A stretch of DNA of 64,000 bases from Octopus vulgaris (taxonomy: Eukaryota), in contig OX597816.1 in NCBI GenBank assembly GCA_951406725.2, forward strand, positions 46,934,001-46,998,000, read 5' to 3'. Made by a program: the position numbers and the translations under genes. Position 1 is the first letter of the stretch, and every line of letters starts with the position of its first letter. Of the stretch, positions 14,279 to 28,483 are shown piece after piece. Below the pieces are notes generated by a model, which was not told the origin of the DNA, searched no databases, and saw nothing but the letters and a program-made list of their open reading frames with translations.

Positions 14279-17200
14279 CACACACACATGGTGCGATGCG
14301 TAAATTTTCACCATTTTATATATTTAATTTCATGCATTGTTTTTGATTTTGTTGATTGCACAGTATTGTAGGGTCAGTTGGGCACCATCTGTGAGAAAAA
14401 CAGCACCATGATGCAATTCACTCTGATAGAAATTTGGAAACAACATGCTGTACTGCTTGGTATTCACAGTGGAAGCTCCAATACTAACATTTCAGAGTGT
14501 TTGGGTGTCAGTCTGAGGACATGTACTAAGAGTGATAAACATCCAGTCAACATCATGGTGTTTGGAGTGATCACTAGTGATGGTGACGTTATGCCTCCAT
14601 CTTCCCACATGACCTCAGTCTCAACACGGAAACCTACATGTAGTGCCTGAAGGAGGTAGTATTGCCTTGGGTCAAGAGGGTGGCTGATGTAAGGCAACGC
14701 TGGTAACGATCATGCTCAAATGGTGCTTTTTATGTGCCTGTTACTGTTAATCTAATTTCAGTCACAAGTCTTTGATAGAAGCCTTTGCTCAAAATTATAT
14801 GCTGTGGATTTGAACACACAATCGTATGACTGCAGCATGAGCTTGTTAACCGCATGGTCATATGTGTCTGAGAATACTATAAATGTGAAAGGAAACTAAC
14901 CAGTCTGTTGGGATAGATGCGATAAATCATTTTATTGACTTTCTGGATAAATCTGCGAGGTAGTTTGCTTTCCAAATCGGCATGTAATTCTACCTGTAAA
15001 ATGGATTTTAAAATATTCAAGCAAATAAAGGATTAACCGTATGGAACATGACAAAAGACTTTAACAATAATTAAGACTTAAAAGGTTTTAAATAATAATT
15101 GTTGTGTAGGTATGAGTGAATAAATGAATGCTTAAACCAAACGAGATTTAACTCTGTTTACATAACTAATTAAAGTATAATTAATGCACGTTTTGGTGCA
15201 CCTGACCACTATATACAATAATTTCATTATTATTTTATTATAATATAATTCCATTATAAGAATACAAAGTATTCTAGCTTCACTCTAAAATACATTTTGT
15301 AGTGGGGATGTGTGGCAGAAGTTGGAGTTATAACTCACTAAATTATCTTAGAGCAAAGCTAGAAATAACTTGTACATTGTAATTCTATTTATATAATTGT
15401 ATGTGTGTGTTTGTGTGCATACGTGTGTGTGTGTGTGTGCATAGTTCCAGTCTTTCTATAGTACTCTGTGTATGTTTATGTGTAATGTATATGAGAGAAG
15501 AGAGTGGGAAGGTAGATTACATTAAGAGAATTAATGAGGCGTAAAAATGTACAGTTGAAAGATAGAAAAATAGATCAGTTAGTGCAAGTGTATATTCTGG
15601 AATAAAGAAGGGAGTTGTAAAAATAAAAAAATATTATTACTAGTGAAAAAGCATATAAGAGAAAAAGGTATATTTGGGGAGAGAGAGAGCCTTAGGTAAT
15701 ATAATATCAATCAATTCACTTAACCTGGTTTTTGGTGAAAACAAAAATTTATCTCAAAATATTTTGATTAGATAAAACACCTGATGTTTAGTAGACATAT
15801 ACACAAACTCACACATAAACATAAAGAAGAGAAAGAGTCAAACATCAATTTGTTTATATTTGACTGAACAGACCTATATTTATAACCCCCACACCTGTGA
15901 TCATCCTCTCTCTCTCAAGATGGTTGTAAGATTTGAGGTACATTTGGTTGTTATTTCAAAGCAATTCAACGACTATATGGAGACTCTCTCATTGATTCAT
16001 TTTGTACTCTGTTGTATCCAGTGATACATCATTTGGTTCTGAGAGAACAAATGTATGCTACAGCTTTCGTGCTTATTTTATGATTCAGAGGCATCACTAT
16101 AGCATGTATTGCCCAGTGCAGTCCTTGAGCTTTTCCCCACTTCTGGGTCCTAAAGTCTGTACTGGCTTATACAACTGACCCAAAAGTGCTGCCCTCAAAA
16201 AAGCATCAACTGGGGGTAGACAGACCTTTCTTGTACCACCTAGCTAAATTACTGCAAGGATTTTATCATTCTTCTTAATTGGTTAAGAATATTTATTGTG
16301 TTAGAAGGCTCAGTTGTGTTTATGACATACATACCTCTCCCAGAAGCATTTAGTGTGTCAGTGAAGTGAAATAACATCAACTGGGACTTAGACTAGATCA
16401 CAGTTTACAGCAGTGTTTACTTCTTACTTTGTACTTATGTGTTTTCAGGAAGAAAAAGGTAATTATAACATACTTGCTTCTCCTTAGAGCATTTACTATG
16501 TAATTGAAATAAACGGTAGCCAAAAGCCATGGCTGTCACTCACATGTAAGTATGGGCTGCTTTCACGGACTGTTTTCAGTGCCTCTGTAGCCATGAGTAA
16601 ACATTAGTTTGCCTCCTGGCACTACCCATCCTTGATTTAGCAGAACATTGAGGATGTAACAGTTGAAAGGAAATAGGGCTGTACTAGCACTAGCTAGGGC
16701 TCATTTTCAGTTGAGTAGACTGGAACAGCATGAAATGAAGTGCATTTGTTCTCAAGAACATAATTTGTTGGCTAGTTGAACCTACACCTTAAGATCATGT
16801 AACCAACTCACTTAAACACATTGTTTGATGTTTTCTTCAAATTCTATGCCCATGGGCTATGGGTTATAATCCATTCAGTCATAACTGGTGCACCTGAGCA
16901 CTGTATACAATAATTTCATTATTATATTATTATTATAAAGATATCACTGAAGACTTCATTGTCATCTTTATGCAGGGTAAGTCAGCATGGCAGAGGGATC
17001 ATCCTTCTACAAACTGTACTCACAAGAGAAGTTAGGCTCAGTGCTGAGAGTTACTGAAATTCTTATCAATTTTATAGACCTTAAAGGGGTAAGTTGCTCC
17101 CATACAGCAGAATATATTTACAACCTTGTGCACCGGGTTAGTTAAGAGTTTTGGTTATGTACAAATCATGGCTGTTGTTTAAGCTCCAGGCCAGCCTTAA

Positions 17201-18658
17201 TTGGGTATACCTATAATGAAAATCATTGCAATTGTTATATACTCACTTCTACCCAAAACTTGTATATTTACTAACTAACAGGTACCCTGTTGGTTATAGT
17301 GATGAAGGTTCCAGCTGGTCTGATCAACAGAACAGCCTGCTCTTGAAATTAACATTCAAGTGGCTGAGCACTCCACAGACAAATGTACCCTTAATGTAGT
17401 TCTTAGGGAGATTCAGCATGACACAGAATGTGACAAGAGATGGCTGGCCATTTGGAATACAGGTACTAACTTTTGTCAGCTGTACTGATTGAAGCAATGT
17501 CAAAATATTTTGTTCAAGGATGTGTCTCTGGGAATCGATCTCATGTCCTTACAATCATAAGCTAAATACCCTGACCACTAAGCCATGTGCCTTCACTATT
17601 CATATATCTATCTATCCACTCAGTTACTCGATGGATCAGTGTTCTTCAGCCAGTTCTATCCTGGGTCGCTTCTTTCAGATTGGCTATGGCCATTCCTGTG
17701 TCACTCTTGATGATGTCAAACCAGTGGGTTCTTGGTCGGCCTCTTCCTCTCTTGCCACTGGCCATTCCGAGCATGATGTCCTTCTCCAGGGATTTTCTCC
17801 GCATAATATAACCAAAATATGCCAATCTATGCTTGGTGAGCCTAGCTTCTAGTGACAGTTTTGGCTTGATCTGGTTAAGAGCTTCTCCATTGGTGAGCCT
17901 CGCTGTCCATGGAATCCGTAAAAATCTTCTCCAACACCAAAGCTCAAATGCATATACTTAGGTCTATATTATGCAATGTGATCATCCTTTTTTTTAAGAT
18001 GGTAGGATGTGACATGAAGGAAATTGGGTTGCTAGACTTGCTTGTTTGTTCAATAGCAAAAGAATATTAACTTCTAACAACTTGATCATCTGGTCATCTA
18101 ATGACTTGTCTCTCCACTCATGTTGACTTCTTGTTGTGTACCAATAGCAATATCTATAAAGTGCCACTTTGTAATCAATCATACTCCATTCCTCCATTAC
18201 CAAACTGAAGCTTCGTGCCAATGTCAGAAAAACAATATTTACCTGCATTGTCAATCTTTTTAATCGTGCATCTCTGATGACAGCATCAATATTGCCAACA
18301 GCCAGGCCGATCTGGAAAAAAAAAGGAAAAAATGATATTAAAAAGAAAGGGGTCCCTTATTTGCTTTCCATGTTCTTGTACCCCTTTTATTACCATATTT
18401 GTGATGAAATATACTGCTTTTGTTATAATTAATTTTGAAAATAATCTTTTACTTGTTTCAATCATTAATCTGCAGCTATACTGGGGCACTGCCTAGAAGA
18501 ATTTTTTAGTTGAATGGATTGACTCTAGTGCTTATTTTTTTAAAGCTTACTACTCATTCTGTCAGTTTCCTTTGCCAAACTGCTAAGTTATGGGGATGTA
18601 AACATACCAACACCAGTTGTCAAGTGGTGGTGGTGGGGGATAGACACAGGCAGAAAGA

Positions 18659-18699
<41 letters not shown>

Positions 18700-21600
18700 C
18701 TGATGACCTTGTTTCAGTTTCCATCTACCAAATCCATTCACAAGGCTTTGGTCAGTTCCAGAAACCATGTGGTTTGGAAACAAACTTACCACACAGCCAC
18801 TCACGCACCTATATGACCACTCCAGTGCCTATAATGAAGAATTTGGTAAAATAACTCAGTCATTATTAAGTTGAAGTTTCAACGAAAACTAACATGAAAT
18901 TTGGATAGAAGGTTTTCATTTTGATCACTTTAGAAAAGCCAATTTGTATCATAAAACTAAGTCTTGAGTAGGTTGGTATCAAAAAGGGTTGATATTTAAA
19001 CTGAAGATATATATATATATACATACACACACTAAATAAAACCCTCGATTCAATAGCACTGTGTACAAACTCTGTACTTGGAATGACCGAGTTTAAATAC
19101 TGTTGGAATTTACTCACAAGGTATTGGAATCTTATATGTATACCATTCTGCCTAAATAATGGATCTACAAATGCAATATCCCTGCATATCTCACATCTTT
19201 TTTCATTCCTCAACTTCACTCTCTATTTCATATCTTATCTAAATTAACTATTGCTTAACCATTTTCTCACACTGTCTCTGATGAAGGGATATATAAAATA
19301 TCCTGGAAACAGCTGTAAGACCTATTTATAAATGTTCTAGAATCTTTACAGCCTTGGTTTTTTTTAAATCTCATTCTGGAAAAAAAATTTATATATAGGA
19401 GCAGGAGTGGTTGTGTGGTAAGTAGCTTGCTAACCAGCCACATGGTTCCAGGTTCAGTCCCACTGCGTGGCATCTTGGGCAAGTGTCTTCTGCTATAGCC
19501 CCGGGCCGACCAATGCCTTGTGAGTGGATTTGGTAGACGGAAACTGAAAGAAGCCTGTCGTATATATATATGTGTGTATGTGTTTGTCCCCCTAGCATTG
19601 CTTGACAACCGATGCTGGTGTGTTTACGTCCCTGTCACTTAGCGGTTCGGCATAAGAGACTGATAGAATAAGTACTGGGCTTACAAAGAATAAGTCCCGG
19701 GGTCGATTTGCTCGACTAAAGGCGGTGCTCCAGCATGGCCGCAGTCAAATGACTGAAATAAGTAAAAGAGTATATATATATATATATCATAGTGGAGGCG
19801 CAATGGCCTAGTGGTTAGGGTAGCAGACTCGCGGTCGAAGGATCGTAGTTTCGATTCCCAGACAGGGCATTGTGAGTGTTTATTGAGCGAAAACACCTAA
19901 AGCTCTACGAGGCTCCAGCAGGGGCCAGTGAACCCTGCTGTACTCTTTCACCACAACTTTCTCTCACTCCTTCTTCCTGTTTCTGTTGTACCTGTGTTTC
20001 AAAGGGCCAGCCTTGTCACGTTGAATCTCCCCGAGAACTACGTTAAGGGTACACATGTTTGTGGAGTGCTCAGCCACTTGCATGCTAATAAATGAGCTGT
20101 GACGTCACTGGTGCCAAGCTGTATCGGCCTTTGCCTTTCCCTTGGATAATATTGGTGGCGTGAAGAGGGGAGGCTGGTATGCGTAGGCAACTGCTGGTCT
20201 TCCATAAACAACCATGCCCAGACTTGTGCCTCGGAGGGTAATTTTCTAGGTGCAATCCCATGGTCATTCATGACCGAAGGGGGTCACAATATATATATCA
20301 TGGTTTATGGTTTAATATTACTGCTTTTTCTATCCTTGAGCCAAAATTTGAAACCAATATTACTTTCATTGCTCTCTTACTTTTTGCCAGCAAGGTATTG
20401 GTTAGGCCACTTAAATCTATCAACCTTGGCACCTGACCAGTACTGGAACATGACAAAGTGCTGAAAACAAACTTTAACCCTTTAGCATTCAGATCATTCT
20501 CTCAAATGTAATACATATTATTCACATAGTTTTGGATTAAGCATGCATTATCTTATAGCTTCAAGATTTCAATGATGAGAGTGTTTATTTTTACAATGTC
20601 ATAATTGGGTAGATGTGAGAGGCCAAATCTGGCTGGTTTCAACATAAAACAAGTAGAATATAGAAAGAAAACTTTAAAAGCAGCTTGTTTTATTTTTGAA
20701 GTCATACAGAAAAACAGAAGTGAGAGAAATGCTTATCTATTTAATGATAAATACTGTAGGAGCCATTTAACAAATATTGTTAAAAAGATCAACGTTTCAA
20801 CAAAATATGCGTTGAATTTATAACGGGGATGAAGATATTTTTAAAATAAATATATAGTTAGTTAAGAAGAAGAAATGTTGTATTTACCAGCAAATTCATA
20901 AGCATGATGGGTGTGAATAACATGAACATGGCCAACATTAGAATACTGACATTGCCGAAATGTAATGTGTATGGATCGTCGTCTGTAAATGGCTCATTGA
21001 AATTATCCATAAACTCTGGTTCCAGAATCATCATTCCAACTCTTAAGATAGACAAGGCTGGACTACGATGAGCATGGGATTCCTATAAAAGAAATAATTT
21101 TTTTTACTTATATAAATCAAACCCCTTAATGTATCAGCATCATCATTATTATTATTATTTTCATTAATGTGGTGAGCTGGCAGAATTGTTAGCACGCTGG
21201 ACAAATGCTTAGCAGTATTTCATCTGCCTTTATGTTCTGAGTTCAAATTCTGTCAAGGTCAACTTTGCATTTCATCCTTTCAAGGTCAATACATTAAGTA
21301 CTAGTGAAACACTGGGGTCGATATAATTGACTAACCCCCTCCCCTAAAATTTCAGGTCTTGTGCCTTTAGTAGAAGGGATTATTATTATTATCATTAATG
21401 TGGTGATCTGGCAGAGTCGTAAGCATGCAGGAGAAAATGCTTAGTGGCATTTCTTCCAGCTTTACCTTGTGTGTTCAATTTCTACCGAAGTCGACTTTGC
21501 CTTTCATCCTTTCAGGGTTAATAAATCAAGTACCAATTGAGTCAAAGTAATTGGGCTAGCTAACCTCCTAAGAAAAATTGCTGGCCTTGTGCCAAAATTT

Positions 21601-23919
21601 GAAACTACTACCACTACTACTACTACTAACTGGCAGAATTTTTATCATACCTGACAGCATTTCATCCAATGCTTTATATCCTGAGTTTAAATGCTACCAA
21701 GGTTGACTTTGCCTTTCATCTTTTTGGGGTCAATACAATAAGTACCTGTTGAGCACTAGGGTTGCTGTAATCAACTAAACCCCTCCTGACAAAATTTCAG
21801 GCCTTGTGCCTAGAGTAAAAAATTATTACTATTATTAATTTTATTACTGAGTGAGAGAGCAGCCCATGTCATCAAAGTGACACTGGGGTACAAATATTTG
21901 AAGCCCAATATATCCATCATGACTACTCATTTGACAAAGGTACACTAGGCACGTGATCATAACCATATGTGTGCAACATTGTCATCTCATATCAAGATAA
22001 ACAGTGGATGACCTTGCAGGTGGGTCCCCATTAGAATTTTCTTCAGGTTGAGTAGCCCATCCCACTCAAATGGTCCCTGAATAAGGTTTGTTTAAGGATG
22101 ATAAATGAAATACCCATGTTTTCCAGAGGTGAATTATTCACCCACCCCCCAATTCCTCTCAACACATGGCTATGATGCTCCCCCAATACTCCTGCTTGTG
22201 ATCAGAGATGCACATATTGTCAACCACTAAGGGACATGCTCAACTGATTAAGGTCAAGCAACTGACAAACAAATCTGCAGTATTGAGCAGAATGTTTGCA
22301 GTAGCCCATCTTTTACACCTAGATAAAACATGTACATGTTAATATTTCCAGTCAGTTAAGATCAGAAGCCATGGGAGTCATTGCCTGGTACTGCATCAGG
22401 GCATTTATTATTATTATTATTATTATTAAGGTGGTGAGCTGGCAGAATCATTAGTGTGCTGGGCTTAGTGGTATTTCTTCTGTCTTCACGTTCTGGGTTC
22501 AAATTCCGCCGAGGTTGACTTTGCCTGTCACCCTTTCAGGGTCAATAAATTAAGTACTAGTGAAACTCTTGGGTTGACGTAACTGACTAGTCCCATCCTA
22601 CCAAAATTTCAGGCCTTTTACCTTTAGTAGAAAGGATTATTATCATTACTATTCAAGGCGGCAAGCTGGCAGCATTGTTAGCACACTGGGCAAAATGCTT
22701 TGCAGTATTTCATCTGTCCTCATGTTCTGAGTTCAAATTCCACCAAGTTCAACTTTGTCTTTCATCCTTTCGGTGTCAATAAAAAGAGTACCAGCTGAAA
22801 ACTGGAGGTGATATAATTGACTTGCCCCCATCTTTGAACATGATGGCCTTGTGCCAAAAATTGAAATGATTACTATTATTAGTATTCAAGGCAGCAAGCT
22901 GGCAGAATCATTAGCACACTGGGCAAAATTCTTAGTGGTATTTCCTCTGTATTTATGTTCTGAATTTAAATCCTGCTCAGGTTGACTTTGCCTTTCATCC
23001 TTTCAAAATCAATAAAATAGATACCAGTTAGACATGGGTCAATGTAACTGACTTACTCCCACCCCAAAATTGCTGGCCTTGTGCCAAAATTGAAACCATC
23101 ATCATCATCATTATTATTGAGGAGGAGGAGACCCCCTTCGGTCATGAATGACCATGGGATTGCACCAAGAAAGTTACCCTCCGAGGCACAAGTCAAGGCA
23201 AGATGGTTTGTGGAAGGCTAGCAGTCACCCATGCATACCAGCCTCCCCTCTCCATGCCACCAATGTTATCCAAGGGAAAGGCAAAGGCTGATACAGCTTG
23301 GCACCAGTGATGTCGCAACTCATTTCTACAGCTGAGTGAACTGGAGCAACGTGAAATAAAGTGTCTTGCTCAAGAACACAACACACAGTCTGGTCCAGGA
23401 ATCGAACTCACAACCTCACGATCGTAAGCTCTATGCTCTAACCATTGAGCCATGCGCCTTCACTATTATTATTGTTATTGTTATTATTATTATTATTATT
23501 GGCATATACGCCCATTACCCATTTTGTCATCTTCGATCTCATTGTTTGCATCTGATGTTTCAAATATGAAATATAACAATGCTGAATGTAATTTCTATAC
23601 AAAATCTGTAGAGATAACCTTAACACATAATTTAAGTGCTAAGACAGTGGTACACAGTATTGACATATAAAAATGTTTAATATACTTTGTAGCATATTAT
23701 GGTTGCATAATGCAATACTGTGTGCTAAAAAGTTTTTAATATTTACATACCAGGCATAGGAGTGACTATGTGGTAAGTAGCTTGCTTACCAACCACATGG
23801 TTCCGGGTACAGTCACACTGTGTGGCACCTCGGGCAAGTGTCGTCTACTATTGCCTCGGGCCGACCAAAGCCTTGTGAGTGGATTTGGTAGACGGAAACT
23901 GAAAGAAGCCCGTCGTATA

Positions 23920-23962
<43 letters not shown>

Positions 23963-26900
23963 ATGTTTGTGTGTCTGTGTTTGTCCCCTCAACATCGCTT
24001 GACAACCGATGCTGGTGTGTTTATGTCCCTGTAACTTAGCAGTTCAGCAAAAGAGACTGATAGAATAAATACTAGGCTTACAAAGAATAAGCTGTGGGGT
24101 CGATTTGCTTGACTAAAGGCGATGCTCCAGCATGGCCACAGTCAAATGACTGAAACAAGTAAAAGAGTAAAAGAGCATGCCAGCTTCTAGGAATATGTTT
24201 AATATGTAAATTGGTATATCCAATAACATTACACCACTGTAATTAGTGGCTATTTAAGCAATGAGTTTGTCGATGATCAATGGGTTAGATGGGTGCTGAG
24301 GAAGGAGCAAAAACTCCTGAAATATGGCATATATTCCCATTACTCATTTTTCCATCTTTGATTTCATTGTTTGTTTACATGTGACATCTCGGATATGAAA
24401 TGTAACAAAATCAGTGGTGGCTATCATTTTGTATTGAAAATCTGTGGAGATGATCTTAACATGTGATTTAAGTGCACTGCTAACACAGTAGTACATGATA
24501 TTGATTTATAAAAATGTTTGATATACTTTGTCTTTGTAGCATATTATGGTTGCATAACAAAATACTGTATACCTGCAAGTCGATAATTATTATTATTATT
24601 CAGAGAGAGAGAAGTACATGCCATCAAAGTGACACTGGGGTAAAATAAAGAAGCCCGTCATATATATATATGTATATGTGTGTGTATATGTTTGTGTGTC
24701 TGTGTTTGTCCCCCCAACATTGCTTGACAACCGATGCTGGTGTGTTTATATCCCCGTCACTTAGCGGTTCAGCAAGCGACATTGATAGAATAAGTACTAG
24801 GCTTACAAAGAATAAGTCCTGGGGTTGATTTGCTCGACTAAAGGCGGTGCTCCAGCATGGCCACAGTCAAATGACTGAAACAAACAAAAGAAAAAGAAAA
24901 GAAAGAAATACAACAAATTGCTAAGGATTCACTGATTTACCTCTTTTGCCATGACAACGTAGAAACCCATACCAAAGGCAATGAAAAGAATGCTGTAGAT
25001 ACATAGTGCCTGGATTAAAGTTCTCAGCACTTCAAGACACATGACCACGTGAAGACCAAAGATCTCAATCCTGAAACAAATGAAGTTAGAATGTCATCAT
25101 CATCACCACCATCACAATCATCATTGTCAACATTGTCTTCGTCGTCCTCCTCCTCCACCACCACATCCTCCCCCCCCCACCATCATTGTCTTCGTTAATA
25201 TTGTCATTGTCATTATCATCATCACCCTCATAGAAATTGTTGTCCCACTCCTCCTCCTTTTCATCATTATCACCACCACCATCATTTTCATCATTATCAT
25301 TATCCTTGCCATCAGATCATCACCATCATTGTCCTTGTCATTCTCGTTGGGATCATCCTCATAGTCATCATTAACATCCTCTTCTCCATCATCATTTTCC
25401 TCCTCCTTTGCCATCTCATGCAAAGGAAAAAAAATTTGAGGTAAAAAGTGAAACAAAGATATCTACTATAATAATACTCGTGTGTTTTTCTCCGTCGCAA
25501 CATATGAATGAGAAAGGAAGGGGTGATAGATGAATAAGGAAGGAAAGGGTGATGTCAAAGTTGGTAGAGGGATGATGGAAATTCTACAGTGACATATTCT
25601 ATTTTTGCCCTTATTTATATATAAAATACAACAATTAGCCATCGTTTTTGATGGCATGGGGCCAGCTAGTATATATATATTTATTTAATTATAATGACAG
25701 CTTAATATGATAATACAATTGTCTTAGAATTCAGACTGTTGGTTAGCACATCAGACCCTGTTTGTTAAAATAAAGGTTTTTAGGTTCAATCTGTGGCACA
25801 GCTCTGGAATATTACCTGAAAATGGTTGAAGAGGACACCAATTGGAAATGTTACCTCACTATGACATACAATGATGAAAGAAATAATCCCCCAAAGCATA
25901 TATAACTATGAAAAAATATCTCAGAAAAATTATATAAAGCACAGGTATGGCTATGTGGTTATGAAGCTTACTTTGCAGTCATGTGGCTTCAGGTTCAATC
26001 CCATTGAGTGGCACCTTGGACAAGTGTCTTCTTTTATTGCCCCAGGGTGACCAATGTCTTATGAGTGAATTTGTTTACCAGAAACTGTACCAGAAAAGGC
26101 GGTGAGCTGGCAGAAACGTTAGCATACCGGGCAAAATGCTTAGTGGTATTTAGTCTACCGTTATGTTCTGAGTTCAAATTCCACCAAGGTCGACTTTGTT
26201 TTTCATCCTTTCGGGGTCGATAAATTAAGTACCAATTACACACTGGGGTCGATGTAATCAACTTAATCCCTTTGTCTGTCCTTGTTTGTCCCCTCTGTGT
26301 GTAGCTCCTTGTGGGCAGTAAAGAAATAAGAAACTGTGTGGAAGCCCATCATATATGTGTGTGTGTGTGTATGTGTGCCTGCCTTTATGTCTATGTTTGT
26401 CTCCCACTGACTACTTGACAGACAGTGTTGGTTTGTTTACATCCCCATAACTTAGTGGTTGGAATAAGTACCAGACTTAAGAAACAGATAAATGCTAAGG
26501 TCATTCTGACCAACTAAAACCCTTCAATGCAGAGTGCCCCAGCATGGCCACAGTCCAGTGACTGAAACAAATAAAAGATATAAGACAAATGAAAAGATAA
26601 AGAGATAAAAGAACTTTACCTTTGTAAGAATACCAGAAGGTTGAACCAAGCAAAGAAAATGGCCAAAGCACCTGCTTCCCACTGGAAATGAAGTGACAAC
26701 CGAAATAGAAATGGTAGAATGAACACACATGTGGAAGTGTAGAGTATCCATTCCAAAATGTTTATAGGTTCACGGAAATATCTCTTTCCCTATAAAAACA
26801 ACAATAAGAACAGCATCATCATCATCATCAACTAAACTCAGACTAGGAAAATCAGTCTTATTTACTTATTTTCCTTGTAGAATTTATCTGTAAAGTAGAT

Positions 26901-27666
26901 ATAAAAACATGTAGTGAGGATACTGGAAGAATCCCAAACACCAACTCACTATCAAGGAATTAAACTCCAAATTACTGTCTTTAGATGTGAAAATAACTAT
27001 AAACACCCACTGGGACTTTGTCAAGGACTGACAAGCAGCTAACCATTGCTAAAAACATTAAGAAACTAAACTTGCAAAAAACATTGAGAAACTGTTTTTG
27101 TCAGTGGCTGTGATAACTGTTGAAGTTGTGAAGGACCTAATCATTTTTGGGATAAACAACATTATTAGAATGTCATTAACAATTTTGTCTTTGGTGCATT
27201 TTCTTTGACAGTCTATTGGGTATATAAAGATAGTTTGTCTGGTAACAGACTAGTGGTTGTGACACAGCTAAAAATCAACTTGATGCAGGAACTAATACCA
27301 CTTACTTGACTATGGAATTTGATGCCTACTACAATCTGCTATTATTACTGATACATATCCCACACAACTGAACATCTTTTTTTTTTAAGTTGTTTCACGA
27401 TGACATTTTTTTGTTAACAATTAAATAAATATTTATGTATTAGGACTTCACACTGATTTTTGTTCTCTTTTCAACCAACCAAATATTTTGTTACAAGCAT
27501 GTGACAATGTGATATATTACTTACCTGCTGTATAATTTGTACAATTTCTTTCAGTAAATTTATGATACAGAAAATTGTTATCAACCATATTGTGATACTG
27601 TGAAAAATGGACAGCTGTAAAGGATATACAGAAAAAGAATTACAAACAAGAAGTAGTTAAAATAAA

Positions 27667-27697
<31 letters not shown>

Positions 27698-28439
27698 TGT
27701 TGTTGTCAGTTATTATTACACCCCTTTTGGTTCTAATTTGCCTGAGACCACCCTAAGTTCTATTATACAAATCCCTTGTTTTATAGCGATCTAAATTAAA
27801 ATTTGCCATCACAATTTCTTGTAAGTTTATGTTCCAAATACCAGCTTAATAACAACAAAGTTATTTAAAAAAATTCTTCATTACTTTAAAAATTGAAACA
27901 AAGGTAATATATTTCACAATAAATATGGTAATGAAATGGTTACAGCAAGCAAACTAGTTTCAATTTTATTTTAATTTCCTAATCAGTAGAACTGAACATA
28001 AATAGTTCTAGCTTCTTTTGTTAAGTGTAACTTATATAAAAAACAAAATGTTTTTAGTTCTATAATTACTAAGTTGAAAGGTAAACTACTTTTTTTTTGT
28101 AATTTAATCTCCCCTAATTAATCCTTCCTCCGAATAATGATAGGCAAAACCCAGATAGTTTAGGCTCAAAAACAATTTCTTTAAAGCTGCAGTGTGGATT
28201 GGTTTTGAATTTCCTTTCAAACTCTTGGAATTATGCCCCAAACACACGCACACACACACACACACACATGTATGTATATATACATTCTATGTAGAATACC
28301 TCATATAAAAACTAGTAGAGTTTTATACTTTTTGGGGTTCAGTCCATCTGCATGGAACATTGGGTGTCTTCTACTATAGCTCTAAGTTGACCAATGCCTT
28401 GTGAGTGAATTTGGTTGACAGAAAGTGTATGCAAGACTG

Positions 28440-28483
<44 letters not shown>

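Noticed and set aside
19267-19608. Recurrent short ORFs (RASFSFRLPNPLTRLW / DRLLSVSVYQIHSQG) as a peptide family
   Set aside because: They are translations of SINE family A copies in varying frames.
19793-19868. tRNA gene
   Set aside because: tRNA-like head runs into a SINE body, with no matching acceptor stem or poly-T terminator.
25080-25503. His/Pro/Asp-rich ORFs
   Set aside because: Trinucleotide low-complexity tract; the same applies to 35367-35684 and 47451-48114.
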